From: an uncultured Chloroflexia bacterium
GTDB lineage: Bacteria > Chloroflexota > Anaerolineae > JAAYZQ01
Reading direction: 5' to 3'
DNA: 64,000 nucleotides
Assembly (NCBI GenBank): GCA_963700285.1
Contig: CAVOXA010000009.1
Coordinates: forward strand, 1-64,000
Each line of letters opens with the position of its first letter. Positions within the stretch are counted from its first letter, which is position 1. The notes below the pieces were generated by a model. The model worked only from the letters and a program-made list of their open reading frames with translations, was not told where the DNA came from and searched no databases. The translations under genes were made by a program, and so were the position numbers. Positions 41,361-52,045 of the stretch are shown in pieces.

Positions 41361-41948
41361 ATGCCAGCTTTGGAAGAGATCGTCAACCAGTTGGATTCGC
41401 TCGAGCCGGCCAGCCTGGCCGAGCTGGCCCGCTATATCGACTACCTAAAGTGGAAGCAGGGCCCAACTCCCAGCCAGATAGGCGGCAAGCCCTGGCATTT
41501 CGATCTCGTGGAACACTTTCGCCCCACCGCCGTGTCCTCCGAGTACGATCCGGCAGGCATGGAGGTCCGGGTAGGCGAAGCGGTCTGTGGCGGCGATTCG
41601 CGCATGGCCCTGTGGCAGCATCCCCCGGTGCGGGGTTCGGCCATCGTGGAGTACCAGGTGCCCGTGCCTGCCAACGTCCAGGGGCTGCGCCTACGATTCG
41701 CGACCGGCATCCGCGACGGTTCGGAACTGGCCGAGGGCAACGTCGTCGCCTTTCGTATCTTTGTCAACGACTGGCGCATCTGGAGCGACACCCAGCATGA
41801 CCGTATCTGGCGCTCGTACCAGGTCGAGATGCCCGCCCTGCCCGGCGATATGGCCCGCATCCAGTTCGTCACCGATGGGCTGGGCAATCACCAGTGGGCC
41901 TGGGCCGTGTGGGGCGAGCCGAGGCTGCTGGGCCAGATCGTGGGCTGA
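41361..41948 (+). CDS. Hypothetical protein: short helical N-domain plus NPCBM-like beta-sandwich
   Basis: LAELARYIDYLKWK; LWQHPP...LRFATGIRD...VAFRIFVN...IQFVTD...WAVWGEPRL. Confidence 0.65.
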   Translation: MPALEEIVNQLDSLEPASLAELARYIDYLKWKQGPTPSQIGGKPWHFDLVEHFRPTAVSSEYDPAGMEVRVGEAVCGGDSRMALWQHPPVRGSAIVEYQVPVPANVQGLRLRFATGIRDGSELAEGNVVAFRIFVNDWRIWSDTQHDRIWRSYQVEMPALPGDMARIQFVTDGLGNHQWAWAVWGEPRLLGQIVG

Positions 41949-42035
41949 AGTTGGGGGACAAACGCTTCGTCCCCTGAGGTATAGGATTCCGGGATACGGA
42001 ACGGGAGTGCAGGCTAGCGGCAGGAAGAGGAGCCC

Positions 42036-42566
42036 ATGGCTGAGTCGCATCCCCTGGTAGAACTGGCCCGCCGCACCATCGAGGTCTATGTAAGGAACGG
42101 GCGCCAGATCAAACCCCCGCGGGAGACGCCGCCCGAGATGCAACAGCGGGCCGGCGCCTTTGTGACCATCCACCTGCACGGCCGGCTGCGCGGCTGTATC
42201 GGCACCATCGAGCCCACCTGTGACAATCTGGCCGAAGAGGTGATCCGCAACGCCGTGGCCGCGGCCGCCCGCGACCCTCGTTTTTCGCCCATTCGACGCG
42301 ATGAACTGGCGGACCTGAGCATCAAGGTCGACGTGCTCGGCCAGCCGGAGGCCGTAACCAGCCTGGCCGATCTGGACCCGGTGCGCTACGGCCTCATCGT
42401 CCAGTCTGCCTCCCATCCCTGGAAACGCGGCCTGCTGCTCCCCGACCTGGCCGGGATCGACACTGTCGAAAAGCAGGTCCAATGGACCCGCGAGCACAAG
42501 GCCGGCATCACCGACCCCAACGAGCCCGTCGAAATGCTCCGCTTTGAGGTCCACCGCTACACCTGA
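42036..42566 (+). CDS. AmmeMemoRadiSam system protein A (AMMECR1)
   Basis: GAFVT, LRGCIGT, DPRF, GLLLP, KAGI. Confidence 0.92.
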   Translation: MAESHPLVELARRTIEVYVRNGRQIKPPRETPPEMQQRAGAFVTIHLHGRLRGCIGTIEPTCDNLAEEVIRNAVAAAARDPRFSPIRRDELADLSIKVDVLGQPEAVTSLADLDPVRYGLIVQSASHPWKRGLLLPDLAGIDTVEKQVQWTREHKAGITDPNEPVEMLRFEVHRYT

Positions 42567-42581
42567 GCGCCAGATAGTGTA

Positions 42582-42650
42582 AGGGAGTCCAGAACTTGTT
42601 CGGGTTTCTACCACGCCCGATAACTCCCCCGAACAAGTTCGGGACTCCCT
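42582..42650. repeat. 23-bp inverted repeat between convergent genes
   Basis: agggagtccagaacttgttcggg ... cccgaacaagttcgggactccct (1 mismatch). Confidence 0.8.
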
Positions 42651-42707
42651 CTGACAACACGCTCACCAGACAGTCGTCCAGCACCCCCTCACCCCCTCTC
42701 CGCTCCC

Positions 42708-43838
42708 TCAACCCGGCAGCGCATCCAGCAACCGTCCCACCTCACCCTCCGTATTATAAAAGTGAGGCGACACCCGGATCACATCACCGCGCACGGAGAC
42801 AATGACCCCCGCACCTTCAAGTTGCTCGGCCAGCGCCGCCGAATCGACGGCCGGATGGCGAAAACAGACGATGCCGGACCGGCGGCGCACGTCGTTTATG
42901 GGCGTTGTGATAGTACAGCCCTGCTCCTGCAGCCCGGCGATGAGGAAATCACCCAGGGCCAGGACGCGCGCTTCGATGTTCTCCATACCCACCGACAGCA
43001 GCAGATCCAGCGCGGCCTCCATGCCCAGGAGCCCCACGCTGTTGAGCGAGCCCGGCTCAAAGCGCTCGCCGCTGGTGCGTTGGGGAGAGTCGTAGCGATA
43101 ATAGTCGTCCCGGTCCACCACGGCCCGCCAGCCGGTCATGACCGGGTCCAGCCGGGGCAGGTGCTCCTGGCGGACGTAGAGAAAGCCCGCGCCGATGGGG
43201 CCCAGCATCCATTTCGCGGCCTGGGTGGCCAGAAAATCGACCCCCGTCCGCGCCACGTCGAGCTGCAGCGCGCCCAGCCCCTGGATGCCGTCCACCGAAA
43301 GCAGCGCCCCCCGCTCGTGGCAGAGTTCGGCCAGGGCCTCCAGGTCGTTGCGGTAGCCGGTGCCGAACTCGACGAAACTGATGGCCACCAGCCGCGTCCG
43401 GATGTCCATCCGTTCGGCTACGTCCTCCACCAGGATGCGGTTGTCGCAAGCCGGGACAAAGCGGACCTCGACGCCGCGCCGTCGCAGGTTGGTCCAGGGG
43501 TAGATGTTGGCCGGGAACTCGGTTTCGGCGCAGATCAGGTTGTCGCCCGGCTGCCAATCCAGGCCGGCGGCCACGATGTTCAGCCCGTGGGAGACGCTCC
43601 CGGTAAAGGTTATCTCATCGCGCCCGGCGCCGATGAACCGTGCGGCCAGTTCCCGGATCCGCTCCACGCGATCATCAAAATCAAGTGCCGCCCGGCTGCC
43701 GAACTGCGATCGAGCCAGAATATAGCCGGTCATGGCCTCGGTCACGGGCCGGGGTAGGGCGCCCACCGCGGCGTGATTGAGATAGGTACAACGCTGGGTT
43801 ACGGGAAACAGCTCGCGGATTGCGTCCAGATCCATCAT
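42708..43838 (-). CDS. Aminotransferase class V (cysteine desulfurase-like) PLP enzyme
   Basis: YLNHAA, EFPAN, VDGIQ, KWMLGP.GAG, RFEPGS, RVSPHFYN. Confidence 0.9.
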   Translation of the reverse strand: MMDLDAIRELFPVTQRCTYLNHAAVGALPRPVTEAMTGYILARSQFGSRAALDFDDRVERIRELAARFIGAGRDEITFTGSVSHGLNIVAAGLDWQPGDNLICAETEFPANIYPWTNLRRRGVEVRFVPACDNRILVEDVAERMDIRTRLVAISFVEFGTGYRNDLEALAELCHERGALLSVDGIQGLGALQLDVARTGVDFLATQAAKWMLGPIGAGFLYVRQEHLPRLDPVMTGWRAVVDRDDYYRYDSPQRTSGERFEPGSLNSVGLLGMEAALDLLLSVGMENIEARVLALGDFLIAGLQEQGCTITTPINDVRRRSGIVCFRHPAVDSAALAEQLEGAGVIVSVRGDVIRVSPHFYNTEGEVGRLLDALPG

Positions 43839-43929
43839 GCACTCCTTTGGGTCAAGTGTGGTTGCTCGTCTTTCTCCACTCCGCCGCTGCGCGCGGAGGC
43901 GCTCTTTGTCAGGGCGTGGGGATCCCCTT

Positions 43930-44690
43930 CTATGGTGCCTGGATCGCCTCAACAATACGGGGCAGGACCTCCACAACGTCGCCGTGGATGGCCACGTCGG
44001 CCCATTGGTCAAAGGCGGTGGGCTGGAGGTTGACAATGATGGCCTTGGCCCCGCAGCCCACGGCCAGAATAGGGAATATCGGACGCGGGAGGCACGCTCG
44101 AGCGACGAACCGGCGACCAGGATCAGATCGCAGTCGCGGGCTTCTTGCATGGCCTCGTTGAGCACGCGGATGGGCAGTTGCTCGCCAAAGAGAATGATGT
44201 TGGGTTTCAGCACGCCGCCGCAGTCGCAGCGCGGTACCCGGCCCTCCCGGACGAGCTGCTGCATGCCGGCGTCCACGGCCACAACCTGGTAGCAGCGGAC
44301 GCAGGTCGCTTCTCTCAGGTGCCCGTGGAGTTCCAACACCCTCTCTGATCCCGCCCGCTGGTGCAAGCTGTCGATATTCTGGGTGATGACGGTCTTTAGG
44401 GTTCCCACCGCCTCCAGATCCGCCAGGGCGGTGTGGGCTGGGTTGGGGCTGGCATCGAGCATGACGTCAACCAGGGGCCGGATCCACCGGTAAAAGTTCT
44501 CCGGCTGTACCTGAAAGGCCCAGATGGAGGCCACCGCCATGGGATTGTCCTTTTCCCACACTCCTGAACCCGGGCTGCGAAAGTCGGGGATGCCCGAGTG
44601 GGTGCTGTGGCCCGCGCCGGTAAAGGCCACCATGTGGCGTGCCTGGCGGACAAGCTCCACCGCACGTTCGATTTTGCCGTCACAGTCCAT
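43930..44690 (-). CDS. cobB: NAD-dependent protein deacylase (sirtuin); frameshift near 44090
   Basis: GAGHSTHSGIPDFRS, TQNID, HG, CxxC..CxC, LKPNIILFGE, GSSL; shifted tail IVNLQPT..D...IHGDVVEVLP. Confidence 0.9.
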
Positions 44691-44749
44691 GCTTGACTCC
44701 CAGGTGGAGTAGGGGCAGGCCGCGTCTATCTCCCGGCCCCCCGCATCCT

Positions 44750-45448
44750 TTACGACGAAGGTGTGGGTCCTACACCAACCTCGATCGGCGCACCACCGGC
44801 CACCTTGTGCGCACAGCGCGTCGTCTCTGGCAGGCGATAGCCTCGGCCGCAGCGCAGGACAAAATCGATGGCCGTCGACAGGTCTACCCGATGGCCGATG
44901 GAGACGAACAGGGGTTTGACCCTTGCCCGGCTCCGGACCACGGCGCCAATCCTTTGGTTTTCGTCCACCAGTGGCGCCCAATCGCCCGCATTTTCGCCCG
45001 GCGCCTCGTAGGTGCCCACGAGGCGCGATTTGGCGCAGCCGACGCTGGGCCAATCCAGGATGACGCCCATATGGGCCGCCAAACCCATGCGCCGCGGATG
45101 GGCCAGGCCTTGCGCATCAAAGATGAAGAGGTCAGGCCAGATCCTGAGTTGGTCCAGGGCCGCCAGCACGCTGGGCCCCTCTCGAAAGGCCAGCAGGCCG
45201 GGCACATAGGGAAAGGTGACCGGCGCCTCGGCCAAGGCATAGCCTACCGGTTCCAGCTCCGGAAAACTCAAAGTGACCACCGCCGCGTAGGCCATCTTAC
45301 CCCGAATGCTGACATCCACCCCGGCCACCATTCGTACCGAAGCGGGCGCAAAGGTCGTTTCCGTCACAACCTTCTCCGCCAGTTCAGCCTGTAGCGCCTT
45401 GGCCTCATCCAGCGGCAGGTCCCACGAATGGGAAATGGCCAGCCTCAT
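44750..45448 (-). CDS. nfi: Endonuclease V
   Basis: AGVDVS, PYVPGLLAFRE, D..G.AHPRRMGLAAH, GCAKS, PLFVSIGH, YRLPE. Confidence 0.95.
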   Translation of the reverse strand: MRLAISHSWDLPLDEAKALQAELAEKVVTETTFAPASVRMVAGVDVSIRGKMAYAAVVTLSFPELEPVGYALAEAPVTFPYVPGLLAFREGPSVLAALDQLRIWPDLFIFDAQGLAHPRRMGLAAHMGVILDWPSVGCAKSRLVGTYEAPGENAGDWAPLVDENQRIGAVVRSRARVKPLFVSIGHRVDLSTAIDFVLRCGRGYRLPETTRCAHKVAGGAPIEVGVGPTPSS

Positions 45449-45537
45449 CCCCTCCGCCCCTTTCTTCCCTTCGGCAGTGTACCGTTCTCGGAAAAAATCA
45501 CCCTAAGGGCAGACCGCCCTGGGTTTCCATTCAGTCC

Positions 45538-45865
45538 ACGGCGCTGAAGCGCCTACTACAAACGGGTCTCGCTTTTGGTCAAGGCTACGTTAATCCGCGA
45601 AAAGTACGAATGTAGCATCTACGGACGGTCCTGAGCCAGGGCGGGGCCCGTTCGCAGTGCGCGTTTCAACGCGCTATCTGGGCCGCGAGTCGAATTCTTG
45701 AACCAGAACGGCACTGAAGCGCCTACTACGAACGGGTTTCGTTTCTGGGCATTGCTGGATGAATTCGTAACAGTACGAATATGAGGCCTGAACCCGAGTA
45801 TCCTACATTTCAGCCGGTTTCAACCAGCGTCGCTGCGTAGCCCTGGGCTTTAGCCCCGGGCGGTC
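45538..45865. repeat. BIME-like cluster of REP elements
   Basis: cggc[ga]ctgaagcgcctactac[ag]aacggg at ~45539 and ~45708, an inverted degenerate copy at ~45647-45673, plus gtagccctgggctttagccccggg. Confidence 0.75.
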
Positions 45866-45952
45866 CCTCTACCACGTCTTCCCCATATCCGCCCCAACCA
45901 CGGTCGGTATAGATCGCCGTTACTTTAGCATAGAACGGATCCTTTGGCAAGC

Positions 45953-45981
45953 TTGACAGGCCAGACCTTTTGGGGTAAGAT
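45953..45981 (+). promoter_or_regulatory. sigma70 promoter
   Basis: TTGACA-17 bp-TAAGAT. Confidence 0.6.
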
Positions 45982-46011
45982 GCACGCGGTTTTCTGGATG
46001 AGGGGAAAGGC

Positions 46012-46905
46012 TTGGTGCGTGGGTTTCTGACTTTTGCCGTCTATCGTATCCTCGGAGCGCTGGTAGGGCGTTTGCCAGGGAGGGTTGGCTACTGGTTGGC
46101 CGATAGGGCAAGCTGGCTCTTCTATCGTTTCTCTCCCCAACTCAGGCTCTCTATTGAAGACAACATTCGACACGTTCTAGGTCCCGGCGTTGACGATGCC
46201 CAAATACAATCGCTGGTTCGCCAGACCTGCGCCAGCATTCTCAAGGGGCACTATGACCTCTTCCGCCTCGATCGCCTCACTAGCCAGCAGATCGGGGATC
46301 TCTTGCTGTTGGAGGGTTGGGAGAACCTCGAAGAAGCCCTGGAATTAGGCAAGGGCGCGATCATTTTCTCCGCCCATCTCGGCAACGTGGACCTGGTGAT
46401 GCAGTTTGCCAACCTGCGTGGGATCCAGGCGGTGGCGCCGGTCCAGCGCATTGAGCCGGAGCGTCTCTTTCAGTACACCCTCCGCTTGCGTACGAGCCAC
46501 GGCATCAGGCTGATACCCACCGACGAGCCCATGATTGGCCTATTTCGAGCGCTAAAGAGCGGAGGGGTCATTGGCCTGGCCGCCGACAGGGATGTGGCCG
46601 ATTCCTCCATAGAGGTCGACTTTTTTGGAGCACCGACGCACCTGCCCGACGGACCGGTCCAGGTCGCCCTGCGGACCGGTGCAGCGCTCATCCCGGCTTT
46701 TGCCATCCGTCTGCCTGACAATTCATTCCTGGTTACGATAGAACCAGCCCTCGATTTGCAGCGTACAGGGGACAGGGAAGCCGATGTGAAGGCTGGCATG
46801 AAACTGGTCGTGGCAGCCATGGAGCGGCATATCGCCCAGCACCCGGAGCAGTGGCTGGTGATCCACCGCATCTGGCCAGACGATGACAGCAGCCCGCATT
46901 CTTGA
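46012..46905 (+). CDS. Lysophospholipid acyltransferase (LpxL/PatA family)
   Basis: GKGAIIFSAHLGNVD, ADRD, V.FFG, GP, I..HPEQW. Confidence 0.88.
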   Translation: MVRGFLTFAVYRILGALVGRLPGRVGYWLADRASWLFYRFSPQLRLSIEDNIRHVLGPGVDDAQIQSLVRQTCASILKGHYDLFRLDRLTSQQIGDLLLLEGWENLEEALELGKGAIIFSAHLGNVDLVMQFANLRGIQAVAPVQRIEPERLFQYTLRLRTSHGIRLIPTDEPMIGLFRALKSGGVIGLAADRDVADSSIEVDFFGAPTHLPDGPVQVALRTGAALIPAFAIRLPDNSFLVTIEPALDLQRTGDREADVKAGMKLVVAAMERHIAQHPEQWLVIHRIWPDDDSSPHS

Positions 46906-46963
46906 GCTCTACGCTCGCCGCTCCTGCAATCTCGGGTGAGTAGCACGAAAGGGAGGAGAACCC

Positions 46964-47665
46964 ATGTCCATCATTGATCGCAAGGCCCGCGAGTACAGCC
47001 GCCCCCTGCTCGTGGCTGTTGCCAACCGGCTCGACAAGTGGCATGTCACACCGAACATGGCTACCTATTTTGGCATGGTTCTGACGACCGGGGTCGCGGT
47101 CCTGGCTGCCCTGGGCGAGATCCGCTGGGCGGGCGTGGCCTACATCTTTGCCGCAGTCTGGGATGCGGTGGATGGAACGCTGGCTCGCGTAACGGGCAAG
47201 GGCAGCCGCTTTGGCGCTTTCCTGGATTCGACCATCGATCGCTTCGAGGAGTCGATCGTCTTCCTGGCATTGGCCATCTACTATGCCTACGCGGGAGGGC
47301 AGTTCGACTATCCCTACGAGATCCCACTGATCATGCTGGCGACCATCGGTTCGCTCATGGTCAGCTATACCCGGTCCCGGTCTGAGACTGTGGGTGTAGA
47401 GTGCAAGGTCGGTTTCATGACCCGCATCCCTCGCGTGGTGGTCATGATCATCGGCATGATCCTCGATCAGATGCTCATTACCCTGGTCATCCTGGCGGTG
47501 ACCTCACTCTTTACGGCTTTCCATCGCATGTACCACGTCTGGCAAATGACCGGTGGCGAGGCCGGAGGCTGGGGCCCGGTTCAGGAACCCTTTGTCCTGT
47601 CTGTTCCAGTGATAGTAGGGACTGGCGAGACCGGCGAGGATGAGGAGAGAGAGGCAGCGGGATAA
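46964..47665 (+). CDS. CDP-alcohol phosphatidyltransferase (PI/PIP synthase-like)
   Basis: TPN; DAVDGTLAR...SRFGAFLDSTIDR; SYTRSR.E. Confidence 0.9.
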   Translation: MSIIDRKAREYSRPLLVAVANRLDKWHVTPNMATYFGMVLTTGVAVLAALGEIRWAGVAYIFAAVWDAVDGTLARVTGKGSRFGAFLDSTIDRFEESIVFLALAIYYAYAGGQFDYPYEIPLIMLATIGSLMVSYTRSRSETVGVECKVGFMTRIPRVVVMIIGMILDQMLITLVILAVTSLFTAFHRMYHVWQMTGGEAGGWGPVQEPFVLSVPVIVGTGETGEDEEREAAG

Positions 47666-48754
47666 TGAAGTATCTGAATATCCTACTGGTCTTTGTTGTC
47701 CTGGCTGTCGTAGCTGAATTCGCCGGTTGGAACCCGCTGATTGTCTTTGCTGCGGCCGGCCTGGCCATGATCCCCCTGGCGGGGCTGATGGGCACGGCCA
47801 CCGAGGCGCTGGCCGTCCACACGGGCCCTCGCCTGGGTGGATTGCTCAATGCCACGCTGGGCAACGCGGCGGAGTTGATCATCACCATCATGGCCATCCG
47901 CGAGGGATTGCTGAACCCGGCCATCAACGAGCAGATGCTCGAACTGGTACGAGCCTCGCTGACCGGCTCGATCATGGGCAACATCCTGCTGGTACTGGGC
48001 CTGAGCATGCTCGTGGGCGGTCTGAAGCACGGCACCCAAAAGTTTGACCGGAGCCACGCTGGGATGAATGCCACCATGCTGATGCTGGCCGTGGCCGCGC
48101 TGGTCATTCCCTCGATCTTTAGCCACAGCATCGAGGCGGTGAACCACGACGCGGTCGAGTACCTCAGCTTGGGGGTGGCGGGGGTGATGATCGGGCTCTA
48201 TGCCTTGGCCCTGATCTACCAGTTTCGCGAGGGCAAAGCCCAGACCCTGCGAGGACGACCAGCAGGCAGTGGTCGAGCAAGAGGCGCCTCAGTGGTCGGT
48301 GGCCCGAGGCGTGTTCGTGCTGTTGCTGGCCACGGGCGCCATCGTCTGGATGAGCGAGTTGCTGGTGGGCTCCGTCGAGCACGTGGTGGTACAAATCGGC
48401 ATCAGCGAGTTCTTCCTGGGGATCATTCTGATTCCCCTGATCGGCAATGTGGCCGAACATTTGGTCGCGGTACAAGTAGCCGCCAAGAACAAGATGGAGT
48501 TGAGCCTGGCCATCTCGGTAGGCTCCAGCCTGCAGATTGCCCTGTTTGTCGCTCCTCTGCTGGTCTTTATCAGCCTGTTGATGGGCAATCCGCTGACGCT
48601 GGTCTTTAACCAATTCGAGTTGATCGCCCTCATGGCGGCGGCCCTGATCGCGGGCCTGGTATCCCTGGATGGTGAATCGAACTGGTTCGAAGGGGCCATG
48701 TTGCTGACGATCTTTGTCATCTTGGCCCTGGGTTTCTTCTGGCTGCCCATGTAA
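47665..48754 (+). CDS. cax: Calcium/proton exchanger; frameshift near 48255
   Basis: GGLLNATLGNAAELI, GSI.GN.LLVLG, GNVAEH, GSSLQIALFVAP, DGESNWFEG. Confidence 0.93.
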
Positions 48755-48902
48755 TCGTCCTGCCTGGAAGGCTTGCAACTGCGCTCCAAAAAGGAGAACG
48801 AGGAATCGGGCAGCCGATTCCTCGTATCGCCGGGCGACCTGCCCTCAGCGCGATTTCCACCGAAAACGAACTACTGATCTGCGAGCCTGTTGCCTGAAAA
48901 GC

Positions 48903-50253
48903 CTATGGATACATGCGCCCCAGCAGCCGCGGGAAGGGGATCGTCTCGCGGATGTGGTCCAGCCCGCAGATCCACATCACCGTGCGCTCGATGCCCAGGC
49001 CAAAGCCGCTGTGCGGTACGGATCCGAAGCGTCGCAGGTCCAGGTACCATTCGTAGGCATCGCGAGGCAGGTCGTGGTGCTCGATCTGCTGCCTCCAGGA
49101 AGGCCAGGTCCCCGGACCGCTCGCCACCACCGATGATCTCGCCATAGCCCTTCGGGCGCCAGCAGGTCTGACGAGCGACAGGTTTCCGGCCGGTCCGGCT
49201 CCTGGGCCATGTAGAAGGCCTTGACCTGGGTGGGGATAGTGGTGGACAAAGACCGGCTTCTCGAACTGCTCGGCCACGTAGGTCTCGTGCGGTGCGCCAA
49301 AATCATCCCCCCAGGCAATGGCCGGCACCAGTTCGTCCTGGGGCGGGACGCGTTCGCCGGCCTCCGCGGCCTTGTTGATCATCTCCACCGCCTCGTCGTA
49401 GTGGATGCGCGGGAAGGGCGGCTCGATCTTCTCCAGCCGGCTCAGATCGCGCCCCAGCAGCTCCAGCTCCTTGCGCCGCTCTCGCAGGGTGGTCTGGACG
49501 ATGTAGCTGACAAACTGCTCCTGGATCTCCATGTTCTCCCACATGTCCACGTAGGCCGCCTCCGGCTCTACCATCCAGAATTCCTGGATGTGCCGCCGGG
49601 TCTTGGACTTTTCGGCGCGAAAGGTCGGTCCAAAGCAATAGACCCGGCCAAAGGCCATGATGTTGGCCTCGTTGTAGAGCTGGCCGCTCTGGCTCAGGTA
49701 GGCAGGTGTACCGTGGTAGTCGGTCTCAAAGAGCGTCGTCGTCCCCTCACAGGCTGCTGGGGTCAGGATGGGCGTGTCCATCAGGATGAAGCCGTGATCG
49801 TCCAGCCAGTCGCGGATGGCCTTGATGATCGTCGCCCGCACGCGCAGCGTCGCCCACTGCCGCGAGGAGCGGATCCACAGGTGGCGGTTCTGCATCAGAA
49901 AATCGACCCCATGTTCCTTGGGGGTGATGGGATACTCGTCCGTAACAACCTGGACAATCTGTAGGTCGCTGACATCCATCTCGATGCCGCCGGGAATGAC
50001 CCGGGGCGCGTTCGTCGGCGCGGACGGCGCCGGTGACGATCAGGGACGATTCCTGGGTCAGCTGTCGTGCCGTCTCAAATACCTCGGGCGTGACCTCCTT
50101 TTTAAAGACCACGCATTGTATGATCCCGGTACCGTCGCGTACCTGTAAGAACTGGAGCCGGCCCTTGCCAGTCTTGGCATAGAGCCAACCCTTGACGGTG
50201 ACGGTCTCGCCGACGTGGTCCGCAATGTCCTTGATGAAAGCCTGTTCGGCCAT
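48903..50253 (-). CDS. asnS: Asparagine--tRNA ligase; indels
   Basis: [64 protein letters not shown]. Confidence 0.95.
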
Positions 50254-50504
50254 TCGCTTTCTCCTCTGCTGCCGGTCTGACAAGCCCCTGAACGGAGCGG
50301 CTGAGCGGCTTTCTGAGCTCTGCCTGTTGGCTTGCCAAGCCCTTGTTGGTGATATGTTGCTCTTTCTAAGCCAGACCCCGGTGAATTGGGCCTGGCATTA
50401 TAGCATAGATTATCTATTTTGTGAACAGTGCAAGTGAGGAGAGTGTAGGTTGGTCTCGCCAGTGGTTTTTGCATCTGCGCCAAGGCATGATATAATCTTG
50501 GGAC

Positions 50505-50798
50505 ATGACAGAAAGCTCACCAGTCCTCACGCGTTTGCAGGCCGTGGTTCATGGGCGCGTGCAGGGTGTCAGTTACCGCTACTATACGCAGCGCCGTGCC
50601 GCAGAGCTGGGGCTGACTGGCTATGTCCGCAACGAGCGCGATGGTACCGTGCAGGTTGTTGCCGAAGGACCAAAGCCTGCTGTGCAGGAGTTGCTATCGT
50701 TTCTGCATGTGGGGCCACAGACGGCTTTTGTGACCCAAGTAGACACGCACTGGATCGCCCCAACCGGCGAATTCGATCGATTTGAGGTACGCTGCTGA
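50505..50798 (+). CDS. acyP: Acylphosphatase
   Basis: GRVQGVSYR, GYVRN..DGTV...EG, GP. Confidence 0.93.
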   Translation: MTESSPVLTRLQAVVHGRVQGVSYRYYTQRRAAELGLTGYVRNERDGTVQVVAEGPKPAVQELLSFLHVGPQTAFVTQVDTHWIAPTGEFDRFEVRC

Positions 50799-52013
50799 AT
50801 GCGTAAGAACCCCGACCGGGTCGCCTGGACGGTTTTGTCGATAGCCTTCATATTCTTTTGCCTGCTGGCCGTTGGCATCCCGCTAGGTATCCGGTCCTAT
50901 CTACTCAATTCTACCGAAGATCAGGATACGCTTCTGCAGGTGATCGAGGGTACAGTCCTAGTTGACAAGGCCAACGGGGCCGACCCCATCGGCGTCACCG
51001 ACTCGGCAATGCTATCTCCAGGCGACGAGGTGATTACCGACGACACGTCGTGGGCGACCCTGGACCTGTTTGATCGCAGCCATGTGACGCTTTATCGAGA
51101 GGCCAAGGTCAAGCTGGAGCAGGCTCACGCCCCTCAGTTTGGTCTGAGCAGCAAGCCCAACCAGATCACGTTGAACATGACCGGGGGGATCGTACGCGTG
51201 GGTGTAGCCCTGCCTATGGAGCGTCCAACCGATTTCCAAGTGGTCACTCCACATGCCGATGTGGCTTTGGAGGAAGGAAGCTACCGGATTGAGGTTGCCA
51301 ATGAGGGTACACAGTTAACGGTACTTCGGGGGCAGGCAACGGTGGGCCAGGATGCACCTGCGGAGGTACTCCGCCAGGGCGAGCGTACTTGGGTGAACTT
51401 GGATGGTGTTCCGGCGGACCCCTTGCCCGCTGCACAGAACCTGATTCAAAATGGAAGCTTTCAGCTGCCGCTCGAGACGCATTGGGTCACGAGTACCGTG
51501 GTTTTCTCGTCAACCGTAAAGCCACCAGCGATTCAAGATGTTGAAGATGGCGGTAGGCGAGCTATACGCTTGGTACGGCGTGAACCGGATGATGGTACCC
51601 ATAGCGAAGTGGCCATCCAGCAGAGATTGGATCAAGACGTGCGCGATTTTGACCGTCTGACGGTATCGATGGACGTCTTGCTTGATTTCCAGAGCCTGTC
51701 CGGGGGTGGCCTGCTTAGTTCCGAGTTCCCTATTATTGTTCGTTTGGACTACAAGGACCGTTGGGGCAGCGACAAGTTCTGGACCCACGGGTTCTACTAT
51801 CAGAACCCGCAGGGCTATCCCATCGCTCCGGATCCCTGGGGCCAGCCAACAGGGGAAAAGATCCCCAGGGGGGTATGGTACCCGTACGAGTCCGGCAACC
51901 TCTTGGAGCTTTTGGGAGACAACCGCCCGGCTCAGATCACGGGTCTCACTGTCTATGCATCGGGCTGGAACTATGACAGCCTGGTCTCAGAAGTTCAACT
52001 CATCCTGGAATAG
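50799..52013 (+). CDS. Membrane-anchored FecR-domain protein with a C-terminal jelly-roll/CBM-like domain
   Basis: N-terminal TM; GDEVITD..S.A.L.L.D.S, F.V.TP, GSYRI; NLIQNGSF. Confidence 0.75.
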   Translation: MRKNPDRVAWTVLSIAFIFFCLLAVGIPLGIRSYLLNSTEDQDTLLQVIEGTVLVDKANGADPIGVTDSAMLSPGDEVITDDTSWATLDLFDRSHVTLYREAKVKLEQAHAPQFGLSSKPNQITLNMTGGIVRVGVALPMERPTDFQVVTPHADVALEEGSYRIEVANEGTQLTVLRGQATVGQDAPAEVLRQGERTWVNLDGVPADPLPAAQNLIQNGSFQLPLETHWVTSTVVFSSTVKPPAIQDVEDGGRRAIRLVRREPDDGTHSEVAIQQRLDQDVRDFDRLTVSMDVLLDFQSLSGGGLLSSEFPIIVRLDYKDRWGSDKFWTHGFYYQNPQGYPIAPDPWGQPTGEKIPRGVWYPYESGNLLELLGDNRPAQITGLTVYASGWNYDSLVSEVQLILE

Positions 52014-52045
52014 GGATGCACTGGCCTCCACCTGATACCCCGCTG

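Noticed and set aside
42708-45053. 781-aa sirtuin-aminotransferase fusion ORF
   Set aside because: A frameshift near 44090 hides the sirtuin's own C-terminus and stop at 43930; the aminotransferase has its own SD and ATG at 43838.
50254-50410. T-box leader upstream of asnS
   Set aside because: No T-box consensus (GGTGGnACCGCG) or terminator/antiterminator pair was visible.
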